A stretch of 30,741 nucleotides of DNA. Origin: a virus (taxonomy: Duplodnaviria; Caudoviricetes). Location of the stretch: IMG/VR virus record IMGVR_UViG_3300032216_001053, positions 1-30,741 of that record; one strand, written 5' to 3'. The position numbers and the translations under genes were made by a program. The first letter of the stretch is position 1, and each line of letters begins with the position of its first letter. Shown piece after piece: positions 1 to 9,432 of the stretch. The notes beneath the pieces are model-generated. The model did no database searches. It was not told where the DNA came from and was given only the letters and a program-made list of their open reading frames with translations.

Positions 1-327
1 ACCTTTAGTATAACGAGCAGACAAAGAGTCATACAAGTTATCTTCAATAGCCTCTTCAGTCAAACTGAAGCCCATTGCGATAGTTTCGTGGTTGTAGCGA
101 GCTGTCCATGCTTCTTGACCGTTGTCGTAACGAATAGCAGAGCCTTCGTTTTTGACAGGGGCGGCGCTAAAGCCAGACAATTTGGTTTCTTCTTCAAAAG
201 AACGCTCAGAAGTCTCTGTTTCGTAGATTTCTTTATGTTCTTCACCGTAGCGAGCATACTCAAGTCCGAACAATGCATTCAAACCTGGGAGCAACTCTTT
301 TAGTAGTTGGGCACGAGAAATAGCCAT
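1..327 (-). CDS. Major capsid protein, N-terminal part (runs off the window start)
   Basis: Not in the ORF track. ATG at 327 with GGAG upstream; reads MAISRAQLLKELLPGLNALFGLEY...FEEETKLSGF...ARYNHETIAMGFSLTEEAIEDNLY, a recognisable Mu gpT-like major capsid N-terminus; downstream of portal and scaffold. Confidence 0.9.
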   Translation of the reverse strand, partial: MAISRAQLLKELLPGLNALFGLEYARYGEEHKEIYETETSERSFEEETKLSGFSAAPVKNEGSAIRYDNGQEAWTARYNHETIAMGFSLTEEAIEDNLYDSLSARYTKG

Positions 328-343
328 TTAATTACTCCTTAGA

Positions 344-1249
344 TTAGCTGTATACAGAGCCTGTTGCGTTGTAATAACTATGGATACCAAAGTTAAACTT
401 CACAATTGCTTCTGGATATTGTGTGAATACAAATGTCGAGCCACTTGCGATACTTGACACTGCGCTTACTGCTGCACCACCTGCGTTAACAGTTACGGCT
501 TGGGTATTAATTGTTACAGATGTTGCGCCAGCAGCAGCAGCTACTGAAACATATGAACCTGTTGCAATATATTGACCGTTAGGAGCCAAATAACCAACTT
601 CAGTACCAATTGGAAGTGCTTGTGATAAGCCACCAGTACATGCAATAGTAGTAGAAGTTACAGCAGATGTTGACAATACAGAACTTGTAATAGCTGTATC
701 AGGAACTACGCTAACCAGACGTAAAGGCTGGGTTGTAGAAGCTGAACCAGTAGTGTTGCTGTTTGCCAACAAACCGTTTGAAGAGTTACCAGTGTTTACT
801 GAACCAGCTAAGTTGGTTGCACTAAAGTTCTGACCAACTTGGAAGTTGTTTACAGAACCAATAGTTGTACCAGCAGCGGCAGTAACAGCAGCAACTTTAA
901 ACAGTGTGTCTGGATCATCACAAATAATAGCTTGGCAATCGCCAGCTAATGTACCAGCGGGCCAATACTGAGCAAATTGCTTCTGCTTAGTAGTAGGGCT
1001 AGTGTATGTGCAACCCAAGAAAATACCAATTTGACCATAAGTCGCTGCACCAGCAGAGCCTGCGCCACCATCGGTGACAGCCATACGAGTTACAAGACCT
1101 TTAGTCAATGCTACGACATCGCCATAAAAAATATTGACGTTATATCCGTACTGGATGGGAATGTTACGTGTAGACCCAGCAAATACTTGACCGCCAATAA
1201 GATTAATAGGCTTTAGCCCGTAAGGGGCTGATATTGTAGGATAAGCCAT
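344..1249 (-). CDS. Virion structural protein (putative capsid decoration/minor head protein)
   Basis: 301 aa, G/A/S/T-rich, MAYPTISAPYGLKP start; GGAG RBS; immediately upstream of the major capsid gene. Confidence 0.65.
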   Translation of the reverse strand: MAYPTISAPYGLKPINLIGGQVFAGSTRNIPIQYGYNVNIFYGDVVALTKGLVTRMAVTDGGAGSAGAATYGQIGIFLGCTYTSPTTKQKQFAQYWPAGTLAGDCQAIICDDPDTLFKVAAVTAAAGTTIGSVNNFQVGQNFSATNLAGSVNTGNSSNGLLANSNTTGSASTTQPLRLVSVVPDTAITSSVLSTSAVTSTTIACTGGLSQALPIGTEVGYLAPNGQYIATGSYVSVAAAAGATSVTINTQAVTVNAGGAAVSAVSSIASGSTFVFTQYPEAIVKFNFGIHSYYNATGSVYS

Positions 1250-1264
1250 TTAAATCTCCTAAAA

Positions 1265-1711
1265 TTAAGTTCCTTTTCCAAAGCTTGTCGAAGATTTTGA
1301 TTCTTTAAAAATCGGCATCCGTGAGTCACTTTGGCGCATAAGATTATTGTCTACAGCATCCGTCTGGGCTTGTGTCTGCTGGGCATAATACTCAGCACGT
1401 TGTTTCACAAACTCTTCTGGAGTCTTGCAAAGCAATAAACCACCAATCTCAATATTGTCGGGGTAACGACTATTGGGATCGATTAGCAGTTTAAACCTCG
1501 GTTGTTCCTCTGCTCTTACAGGCTCCCAGCCTTCTCTTATTTTGGAAGAGATATTACGGGGATCTGCTGCGCCAAGCATTGAAACTCTAATCCAGCGATA
1601 CATATAACCCGCCTGTTTGTCTGGCTCTGGGAGCAATTCTGGTGGTCGCCAACTGTTGGGACGCTCACTGGTTGCTCGGTTATCTGTTTCTCTATCAATT
1701 CTTTTAGTCAT
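1265..1711 (-). CDS. Conserved head-module hypothetical protein
   Basis: 148 aa with YRWIRVS...REGWEPV...IGGLLLCK motifs; in the head operon. Confidence 0.75.
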   Translation of the reverse strand: MTKRIDRETDNRATSERPNSWRPPELLPEPDKQAGYMYRWIRVSMLGAADPRNISSKIREGWEPVRAEEQPRFKLLIDPNSRYPDNIEIGGLLLCKTPEEFVKQRAEYYAQQTQAQTDAVDNNLMRQSDSRMPIFKESKSSTSFGKGT

Positions 1712-1712
1712 T

Positions 1713-2666
1713 TTAGTTCTCCAATTTAATTACTTCACGGACGTACTGCTCAGGGGTTAAACCAAGTTTCTTCGCAAGTGCTACTTGTGAAGTGCTTAAT
1801 TTGACTTTTTTCGCATTTGTGCTGCGAGTCGCAGGTGCTACAACCGTAGAAGTCTTTTTAGGAATTTCCTTAAATGACTCTTCTTCCCCAAAATTCTCTG
1901 GGAAACGCTTGCGAATCGTTTTGTCCAATGTCGCATAGTACTCATCAGATCCAATCTGTACGCCTTGCCGCTTAAGCTTTTCATGTAAGCCTAATGCAGC
2001 AGCCGTCATCTCTTCGTCTTGTCCGAACCAAGTGTTGCGCTCTTGCCACGCTTGCACTTTTACATCAGGCTTCGGTACAGATTGGTACTGTTGCTCTCTT
2101 TGTACATCAAATTTCTCTTCTTGTAAAGAGGGCAGCTTAAAATTATTTACACGATCCAATTTCATGGTCGTTTCGGTAATTTTTTGCTGGGCATCCATCA
2201 TTCTGTCGGTTTCGCCAGATTCATAAGCCTCACGATACTCACTTTTGGCTTTTTCTAGTTCCATTTCAACCGAAGTTTTGACGGCAGCTACATATTCCTT
2301 TTCGCCAGTAGCAAGCATTTCTTTAATACGCTTGTTTTCTGACAAAAGGCGGTTTGTAGCCTCAATAGCTTCCTTTTGCTCACGCAAAGCAGCTTCTTTT
2401 TCCCTGCGTTCATCGTGATAAACCTTACGCATTTGCACTAAACGCTGTTTTACCTCTTCGTCATACTGGTCTAGTTCATCCCGATCCAAATCTTCCACGA
2501 TTTCTTTGGGCATTGGGGTGCGATTTCGATCTCTTGGGTTAATATCGTCCTCGACAACCTCTACTTCAAAGTCTGGTTTGTCTTGTTCACCACCAAAATT
2601 GACTTCTTTACCTTTAATTTCCACTTCATCAGGGAATTTAAAGTCATCTTTTTCAAATTCAGGCAT
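1713..2666 (-). CDS. Putative capsid scaffolding protein
   Basis: 317 aa; acidic N-terminus, coiled-coil middle, C-terminal QVALAKKLGLTPEQY helix; lies between portal and capsid genes. Confidence 0.7.
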   Translation of the reverse strand: MPEFEKDDFKFPDEVEIKGKEVNFGGEQDKPDFEVEVVEDDINPRDRNRTPMPKEIVEDLDRDELDQYDEEVKQRLVQMRKVYHDERREKEAALREQKEAIEATNRLLSENKRIKEMLATGEKEYVAAVKTSVEMELEKAKSEYREAYESGETDRMMDAQQKITETTMKLDRVNNFKLPSLQEEKFDVQREQQYQSVPKPDVKVQAWQERNTWFGQDEEMTAAALGLHEKLKRQGVQIGSDEYYATLDKTIRKRFPENFGEEESFKEIPKKTSTVVAPATRSTNAKKVKLSTSQVALAKKLGLTPEQYVREVIKLEN

Positions 2667-2680
2667 TTTATTGCTCCTTT

Positions 2681-3103
2681 TTAAGCACGTTTGATACCAC
2701 GTGGGTCATCCACGATAGCTTCTACGGTGTCATCGTTAATCATTCGGAATTCCCTGCCATGAATCAGCAGTCTGGTTCCAGCGTTAGGTCGAACAATGAC
2801 AAAATCACCTTTTTGACACCAAGGTCCGTTAGGGAATCTGTCTTTATCGCTGTAACAATCTGGTCCTAGTTCCACCACAAAGAGTACTGTTGCCAGTTTT
2901 TCTTCAAAATTGATGGTTGAATCCGCCTTTAAGATGCCGCTTTCAAACGATTCCTCTACTTCAGGAATGGCACAAAGGATACGGTAGCCCGATGGTTTGG
3001 GTAACTGACTTGCCTTTTCAGCGTTTGTAGCTGCAAAGTTTACTGCTCCTACTACTTCAGGCTTATCGGGGTTTGTGCCGATAAGAATGGTAGTTTCACT
3101 CAT
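2681..3103 (-). CDS. groES: GroES/Cpn10-like co-chaperonin
   Basis: PKPSGYRIL...SGILKA...VVELGPDCY...GDFVIV...GREFRMINDDTVEAIV matches the Cpn10 fold pattern; likely start ATG 3103. Confidence 0.8.
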   Translation of the reverse strand: MSETTILIGTNPDKPEVVGAVNFAATNAEKASQLPKPSGYRILCAIPEVEESFESGILKADSTINFEEKLATVLFVVELGPDCYSDKDRFPNGPWCQKGDFVIVRPNAGTRLLIHGREFRMINDDTVEAIVDDPRGIKRA

Positions 3104-3284
3104 CCGAGTTCTCCAATTTTTGTTCAAGATCTGTTATTTCTCTACGTGCAGTCCACAGACCTTTGATAAAACCACACGCATTTTGGTATTCAGCGTAGTC
3201 TTTGGCTACCCCTTCTCCAATACTTTCCTGACTTGCCACTATCAATTCGTCTATTTTTTTGATTAAGACTTCAAGTGCGGTCAT
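3096..3284 (-). CDS. Small head-module protein
   Basis: 62 aa, DYAEYQNACGFIKGL motif; overlaps neighbouring genes. Confidence 0.7.
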   Translation of the reverse strand: MTALEVLIKKIDELIVASQESIGEGVAKDYAEYQNACGFIKGLWTARREITDLEQKLENSDE

Positions 3285-5812
3285 TTATTCCCCTTTTTGA
3301 CAGGTTTATTTTCAGGTTTAGCCAATGCATGAGCCGATTGCAAGCCCTGTGCGTATAGCTGTTTGTTCTGAGTGTGATGTTCATGGCTTTGATTAGACAT
3401 ATGTTTGAGTACATCTAACCCCATAGACATTTTTTCAGACTGTTTCTTAGCTTCTATGCCCGCAACAGTTTTGACCATCTCAGTTTGGGTTTGAGCGGCA
3501 ATCCGTTGACGTTCAGTTGCGATCTGTTCCTGACGGATTTGTATGTCAGCCTGATCTTTTGCAGCTTTACGCTGCTGCTCTTGAGCCTTAATCTGCAACT
3601 CTTGTTGTTGCATTTGAATGATTGGGTCTTGAGCCTGTTGTTGCGCTTGCTGTTGTGCAGCTTTCGCTTGGTTCTGTTGAAGCACTCTTTGTGCGGCTTC
3701 AGCAAGAAGTGGTGCAAGGCGAGCCTCAACTTCTGGATCCATATTGATCTCTTCTCCAGAAGCATCCTCTTGTGGAGGAAGGTTCATACCTAGTTGTTGT
3801 TCAATCTGTTTGCGATATTCAAAACCTAAATGCTCATTAACGTGGGCTTGCATAGCCGCCTGTAAAGCCTGAGCCTGTGGGCTTTGACCTAAAATCTTGA
3901 GGATTTCTGGGTCTTTAATAGCGTTTAAATGAACAGTTAAATGGGCTTTATGGTCTTGATACATAAACGCTTTAACAGGTTTCATCATCAAAATGTTTTG
4001 ATTTTCTGTAACAGGATCTTGTGGTTTTTGATCTTCAGACATTGGGAGTAGCTTGGCGCTATCCTTAATGCCCATTGCATCTAACATCTGGCGGTGCAAT
4101 AGGGGCATGTTGTACATCTGTGGCGCTTGTTGCGCTAGTTGTAAAACAGCCTGATATTGAACAATTTTTTGCGCCATTGTAGAGGCATTTGGATCAGATA
4201 CAGGAATAACATCCACGTTATCGTAATCAGATCTCTTAGCTTGACGAGTACCGCTAGTAGGATCGTATGCATAATCGGGAGGAGTATTCTCCGCAATAAT
4301 TCCCTTAAGGAGTTTTAATTCTTGTTTAAGGGAAAAGTGAATACGAGCCTGAACCGCAGACATCACTTTGAGCGTACGTTCAAGTATTGCTAAAGTAGTG
4401 CCTACGGGGGCTTGACTAGACATGTCAGAAATCTGCAAGTCTGCTGTATTAGCAAATCTGCGTCCTTCTTCCACAATTTGATTAAGTAAAGATAAGAGAG
4501 TTTGGCTTGGCTCCTTGTATGGGAGCGGCATGATGTTCTCTTTCATGGCTCCACTAGGAACATCCACGTCACGGAATTCACCAGGACTTATTGGAGTGTC
4601 ATCACCTTTGATACGCAATCCACGGGTCTTAAAGCCACCTGGCAGATTTGCAAGTGATCCAGCATCCACGAGTTGCCGAATAATACTAGTGCCAGACTTA
4701 GCAAAAGCACCGATAAGGTGAATAAGCCCGAAACAATAAAAGCCAAAGCCAGGAATATATCCATAATGGACAAAATGCTGCCGTTTTTTGTGCGTATCAT
4801 CTTCTGGTTCCCAATTTCTGCGGATAGCTAATACTTGATTGCTACCCTTTTCGATTGTGACAACGTAAGGAAGAGCAATGCCAGTAGGCTTACCATCCTT
4901 ATCTTTATGCTCGTATCCCTCTAAATCAAGGTCAACGTGCATTTCCAGCAATTTGTAACGGTCATCTGTAGTGGCAGAGAATCCCAATTTTTGGGCAATT
5001 TTCTTTTCTACATCATCTAATGTGTTGTTTGGTTCACCAATATCAATGTCTCGGTAAAAACCAGATACTTGCAATCTACGCAAGTCGTTTTCATTTTTAC
5101 GCATCACGTGGGTAATACGCTCTGCCGCCTCTAGTGAGGTTGCACCGTATGGAACTACGACATCTTCTGCTGGTACAAAGACTGCCGCAGGGCGATCCGT
5201 ATTGGGATCAAAGTACACTTTCTTAAAAGCATTACCCGCTAAACCCAAACCCCACAGCATTCTTTCTGTCTCAGGTCTGTACTCAGGCATTTTTTCGGTC
5301 AAGCGATAATTCATATCATCTTGAACACGAGAAGCAGCTTCTTTCTTTTCAGGGGTTTCTTTACCAATAACAATTGTCCGTACAGGACCTGCTGCTGGGA
5401 ACAAAGACATCATAGTCTCTGCTTGGAATTTAACTAGGGCTTCGGAAAGCAGTGGATGATAAACACCACAGGCTCCTTCCCAAGGTTCAGTTCTTTCCTC
5501 AATCTTCAAACCTAAAAGTTCTAAACCGTCCACATAAGTTTGAATCCAATCTTTGCGAGCGCCTATATCTGCTTCAAAATCACCTACCAATTCTGAAGCT
5601 AATTCGCCTAAAAGACCATCATCCATGTACTCTGCTAAGTTAGCAGTAAAATCATCTTCGGATTCTTTTTCAGGTTCAATGACAATTTCTAATCCATCCA
5701 TACCAATGGTGACGGATTCTGGATCTTCGATTTCAATTTCAATCGGTTGTTCTTGTTCAGCTAAAGCTTCGATGCCCTCTGGGGCTTGGTATAGCGCTTT
5801 ATCAATTGCCAT
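3281..5812 (-). CDS. Portal protein
   Basis: 843 aa directly after TerL; EPWEGACGVYHPLL, GNAFKKVY and Q-rich C-terminal coiled coil typical of P22-like podovirus portals. Confidence 0.9.
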   Translation of the reverse strand: MAIDKALYQAPEGIEALAEQEQPIEIEIEDPESVTIGMDGLEIVIEPEKESEDDFTANLAEYMDDGLLGELASELVGDFEADIGARKDWIQTYVDGLELLGLKIEERTEPWEGACGVYHPLLSEALVKFQAETMMSLFPAAGPVRTIVIGKETPEKKEAASRVQDDMNYRLTEKMPEYRPETERMLWGLGLAGNAFKKVYFDPNTDRPAAVFVPAEDVVVPYGATSLEAAERITHVMRKNENDLRRLQVSGFYRDIDIGEPNNTLDDVEKKIAQKLGFSATTDDRYKLLEMHVDLDLEGYEHKDKDGKPTGIALPYVVTIEKGSNQVLAIRRNWEPEDDTHKKRQHFVHYGYIPGFGFYCFGLIHLIGAFAKSGTSIIRQLVDAGSLANLPGGFKTRGLRIKGDDTPISPGEFRDVDVPSGAMKENIMPLPYKEPSQTLLSLLNQIVEEGRRFANTADLQISDMSSQAPVGTTLAILERTLKVMSAVQARIHFSLKQELKLLKGIIAENTPPDYAYDPTSGTRQAKRSDYDNVDVIPVSDPNASTMAQKIVQYQAVLQLAQQAPQMYNMPLLHRQMLDAMGIKDSAKLLPMSEDQKPQDPVTENQNILMMKPVKAFMYQDHKAHLTVHLNAIKDPEILKILGQSPQAQALQAAMQAHVNEHLGFEYRKQIEQQLGMNLPPQEDASGEEINMDPEVEARLAPLLAEAAQRVLQQNQAKAAQQQAQQQAQDPIIQMQQQELQIKAQEQQRKAAKDQADIQIRQEQIATERQRIAAQTQTEMVKTVAGIEAKKQSEKMSMGLDVLKHMSNQSHEHHTQNKQLYAQGLQSAHALAKPENKPVKKGNK

Positions 5813-5824
5813 AATATTCTTTCA

Positions 5825-7336
5825 TCAGTAATAACCCGCATGCCGCTTAGATTTAAATTCTCTTATTTCATCTTTTTCATCCGTGTTTAAACGAATAAAC
5901 CCGCCCTGACGAAATCTTAAAAGGGCTTGGCTAGTCGAATCCACTAAGTCGTCATGGTCGCCATTGGGGAAGGAAGCACATTCCTCCATTACCTCATCAG
6001 CCCATCTACGGTTAGGACACCAAACCATTCCCGAAGCAAACAAATCCGAAATAGCGTTTACACGGGCTATCTTATCACTTCCTTTGCCTGGCGTATACTC
6101 TGATAATGGTATACCCATCCTACGCATCTCATAGATGAGGGGCGCTCCTGCCGCCTTTTTTTCTACAATCAGGGTGTCGGGGTTAAATTCTTTGTACTTG
6201 TTAAACGCTTTTGCTTTTAATTCTGGGAACTCCATACGTTCTTTGACCGCATCCAATAGGATAATGTTGGCGGTTTCCTCGCCATTTTCGTTGGGTTTGT
6301 AAAAAATTCCCCATGTAGTACAGGCGGAATAGTCCGCACGGTTATTTTTTTCAAAAGCGGTATCCCATGATTGAATAATGTATTCGCAGTAGGGAGGATC
6401 GTCCTCTTCCCAGATTCTCCACATTTCCCGTTTAATGATTGCGCCCTCTTCTGAGGTTGGATTTTGTTGATACTGGGCTTCCCACTTGCCTACAGGTAAT
6501 TCAGCCTTGATCGCTTCCAATTCTTTCTGTGACCAGAATTCGGGCCAAAGTGGTTTGCCAGAGGCAAGTAGGGCTGGAAACTCAATTAACTCCCATTGAT
6601 CGCCCTCCCGCTGGGCAGCATTCTGTAGAATCTGACCTGTCAAATCTTTTTTTGACCAGCGGGTCATTACAATAATGATGGCTCCACCTGGTTGCAGACG
6701 CTGACGAGGACCAGAGTTGTACCATTCAAAGACCTTGTCATAGACGTTAGCCGTGCCTTGCATGGCTTCTTGTTCTGAGTGGGGATCGTCAATAATCAGC
6801 ACGTCCGCACCTTTACCTGTTACCGCACCTCCTACACCAATCGCAAAATAATCACCGCCCTTGTTGGTGTTCCAGCGCCCCGCTGCTTTGGAGTCTGAGG
6901 ACAGCTTAGTAGGGAAAACCCTTTGGTACTCAGAGGTGGCTACAAGGTTACGTACCTTACGACCAAAGCCCACCGCTAGTTCTGCTGTATGAGCCGTTTG
7001 AATAATTTTACGCTCAGGAAACCTACCAAGATACCATGCAGGAAACAGATAGCTGGCGAATTCAGACTTGGTATGGCGAGGAGGCATATTAATAATAAGA
7101 CGCTTAAGACTGCCATTAGCTACCCTTTCAAAGGCATCAGCCATATCTTTGTGGTGTTTACCCGCAATAAATGCAGACCACATATTGTTAACAAAAGGAA
7201 TGAAATGAAAACGGCAACGCTCTTTCTTGTCTTCGTCAAGCAACATCTTAATCTTGGGAATCTGCGGGGAATCCGAAGGAAGATGGTCTAGCAGTTCTAA
7301 ATACTGCTTTATTTCATCTGGCGTTAATAGACTCAA
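5825..7336 (-). CDS. terL: Terminase large subunit
   Basis: INMPPRHTKS Walker A, LIIDDP Walker B, MTRW coupling motif, QSWDTA and HDDLVDS nuclease motifs. Confidence 0.96.
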   Translation of the reverse strand: MSLLTPDEIKQYLELLDHLPSDSPQIPKIKMLLDEDKKERCRFHFIPFVNNMWSAFIAGKHHKDMADAFERVANGSLKRLIINMPPRHTKSEFASYLFPAWYLGRFPERKIIQTAHTAELAVGFGRKVRNLVATSEYQRVFPTKLSSDSKAAGRWNTNKGGDYFAIGVGGAVTGKGADVLIIDDPHSEQEAMQGTANVYDKVFEWYNSGPRQRLQPGGAIIIVMTRWSKKDLTGQILQNAAQREGDQWELIEFPALLASGKPLWPEFWSQKELEAIKAELPVGKWEAQYQQNPTSEEGAIIKREMWRIWEEDDPPYCEYIIQSWDTAFEKNNRADYSACTTWGIFYKPNENGEETANIILLDAVKERMEFPELKAKAFNKYKEFNPDTLIVEKKAAGAPLIYEMRRMGIPLSEYTPGKGSDKIARVNAISDLFASGMVWCPNRRWADEVMEECASFPNGDHDDLVDSTSQALLRFRQGGFIRLNTDEKDEIREFKSKRHAGYY

Positions 7337-7563
7337 AGCTTAGTGATTTCTTTAATAGAGTTATCAATAGGCTTTAAAGACCGCACAGTGTATGGCTGGA
7401 TCTTTAGGAACCCTCTATGCTTTAGAGTATGTACTAACCTGTGGATATTGGATTTGCTCCGCAATTGCAGACCATTAGCAATATCCATATAACTAGGGGA
7501 AAACCCTTTGATTTTGATAAATTCTTCTATAAACCGTAATACCTGCATTTGACGTTCAGTCAT
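7333..7563 (-). CDS. LexA-like winged-helix DNA-binding protein (no peptidase domain)
   Basis: MTERQMQVLRFIEEFIKIKGFSPSYMDIANGLQLRSKSNIHRLVHTLKHRGFL matches the LexA N-terminal domain pattern. Confidence 0.85.
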   Translation of the reverse strand: MTERQMQVLRFIEEFIKIKGFSPSYMDIANGLQLRSKSNIHRLVHTLKHRGFLKIQPYTVRSLKPIDNSIKEITKL

Positions 7564-7678
7564 TGGGTTCCTCTTCTCTCTTAACCAAATACATTAAAGT
7601 TAATAGGCTTACCAGACGCTGTCTTTCAGAATGTGGCAGCAATTTAACGTATGCCAGTATTTCATTGACATTCTTCAT
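7556..7678 (-). CDS. Small hypothetical protein (40 aa)
   Basis: MKNVNEILAYVKLLPHSERQRL...; fills the gap and overlaps both neighbours. Confidence 0.5.
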   Translation of the reverse strand: MKNVNEILAYVKLLPHSERQRLVSLLTLMYLVKREEEPND

Positions 7679-7850
7679 CGTCTTCCCATCCCTCTAATTG
7701 ATGCACCATATCTACCGCAGAAGCAAGGCATGTAGGACAGAATGCTACTGGCAGTATTCCAAACTCTCCAGCGCAGCCACCTTCTAGCGCTAGAGAAAAA
7801 GTTACATCACATACAGTGCATTCCATTTCTGAATGGTCTATTGCTTTCAT
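7662..7850 (-). CDS. Small Zn-ribbon-like hypothetical protein
   Basis: CTVC...CPTC pair, GGAG RBS. Confidence 0.7.
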   Translation of the reverse strand: MKAIDHSEMECTVCDVTFSLALEGGCAGEFGILPVAFCPTCLASAVDMVHQLEGWEDDEECQ

Positions 7851-7990
7851 TTAAGTAACTCCACGCATTTTCTAATGTTTAGTATTGCATCCGTTAACAA
7901 CTCTTTTTCTTTACCACGCAACTCAGCTTCTAATGCCATCAGACTCAGAATTAGGTTTTTTAATTTACTAACCACTAATTCATTTTTCAA
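7847..7990 (-). CDS. Small hypothetical protein (47 aa, TTG start)
   Basis: Open frame ending in an ATGA overlap with the next gene. Confidence 0.45.
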   Translation of the reverse strand: MKNELVVSKLKNLILSLMALEAELRGKEKELLTDAILNIRKCVELLK

Positions 7991-8088
7991 AATATATATA
8001 CCCCCCTAGGAACAAAAACGAAACGTTCCTGAAATGTTACCACAAAGTTTAAACTAGGTGTAGGAAACAAAATGATATGGGGTGGGGG

Positions 8089-8104
8089 TGTTTCACGTGA
8101 AACA
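8089..8104. promoter_or_regulatory. parS: parS centromere site (perfect consensus)
   Basis: TGTTTCACGTGAAACA, exact 16-bp canonical chromosomal parS palindrome, intergenic. Confidence 0.85.
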
Positions 8105-8251
8105 TTGAGTAGTGAACGTTCGTATAGCTATATGTGTGTAATTGTTGGAGTGGATTAGAGCGTATTAGGGCGGCTAGGTGCGTCCACGTATTATGGGGGT
8201 GCGGGTATCGTGGGGTCGGCATTCTACGATTCGAGGTGGAGTGGCGCAGTG

Positions 8252-8908
8252 TCAGTGCTTCTTACCAGTTCCTAATGAGTTCGCATGCTTGCTACTGTTA
8301 AGTAGTGACAACGATGATTGCAACTCAGCCTTGAGACTGTCCACGTTGATCTCTTCTACCTTCTGCTCTACCTTATCCACAAACATGCCAACTGCTTTGC
8401 CCATTAGTTCTAATGCTCTCAGCTTGGCACTCACTGGAACGTCCTCTGCATCTGCATGCTTGAGTAGTTCTTTCATGACGTGTCTACGTGTCACTGCTTG
8501 GTCAGTAAGGATCATCTCTTTTTTAGCCTCAAAGAACGGCTCTAAAAGTAAAGTGATTCGACTATCTCTCATAAGCTTGTTCGCATTGCTAATCATCGTG
8601 TTACGTGATGATCCAGTAGGCTGATAAGACTTCTCATATGCTTGCAATGGTGTGTGACCTTCCATCACATACTGAGCGAATAGCATAGCCTTTGGGCTTA
8701 GTCTTTTATCTCTGCCTGATGCCTCTACGTTATCTTGATCCTTCACACCTCTTGGTAGTCCATTACGCTTTACCTTTATCTCTAATGCATCAATAGCTGA
8801 CCGCATCCCTTCGGGGTCTTGCCCCGCTTTTAATGTGCTATCACTGTTCGCATTTTCTGTGCTATCGCTCAATGCATGCTGATTAATTACTTGACTGGCT
8901 TGTTTCAT
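8252..8908 (-). CDS. terS: Terminase small subunit (probable)
   Basis: RLSPKAMLFAQYVMEG...AYEKSY HTH region and C-terminal KLRALELMGKAVGMF, both TerS-like; upstream of TerL. Confidence 0.75.
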   Translation of the reverse strand: MKQASQVINQHALSDSTENANSDSTLKAGQDPEGMRSAIDALEIKVKRNGLPRGVKDQDNVEASGRDKRLSPKAMLFAQYVMEGHTPLQAYEKSYQPTGSSRNTMISNANKLMRDSRITLLLEPFFEAKKEMILTDQAVTRRHVMKELLKHADAEDVPVSAKLRALELMGKAVGMFVDKVEQKVEEINVDSLKAELQSSLSLLNSSKHANSLGTGKKH

Positions 8909-8948
8909 GTCGATCCTTAAGTTGGTTTGTACTCATGTATTCCAATGC

Positions 8949-8977
8949 ATGTTGACTGTGTAAACACTGCATGTCAA
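8949..8977 (-). promoter_or_regulatory. Putative sigma70 promoter for terS
   Basis: TTGACA-N17-CAACAT on the - strand, 40 nt upstream of the terS ATG. Confidence 0.5.
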
Positions 8978-9397
8978 TAAGGTTCGTGCATCGTTCACTG
9001 ATCGTTCTCAGTACTGTCAGTTGACTGCTCCCAGTGCATGCGAGTGTGACTTCCTATATCTAGTACCATCACATCCCCTTATCACTAGACCGCAAAGTGT
9101 TTAAACCGACTGTCGTGCTACGCACAGGCTCACCCGATGAGCCACCCGATTGCTACTATTTATTCAATGCACTGGGTTTATGTACATGCCTCTAAAACGC
9201 ATCAGATCGCTCTGTATTCAATTTGATGCTTGTATGGTACTAAGCCCTATGCTAGTACGAGATCTCTAGTAATCCAGTAACCATGCGGGTTAGCGGGCGG
9301 TCAAGGCTCATTGCCTGAGCCATTGCCAATACAAGTCTTATATAAGACGTAAGACTAATACCTGAGTAAGTTGTGTGGGATTAAACAACACTGATGC

Positions 9398-9426
9398 TTG
9401 CATCGTTTAAATCTGCATGCTAACAT
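9398..9426 (+). promoter_or_regulatory. Early sigma70 promoter
   Basis: TTGCAT-N17-TAACAT with extended -10 TG; the spacer contains GTTTAAAT. Confidence 0.7.
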
Positions 9427-9432
9427 CTAGCC

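Noticed and set aside
3480-3680. CAG/CAA-rich repeats in the portal gene
   Set aside because: Ordinary Gln-rich coiled-coil tail of podovirus portals.
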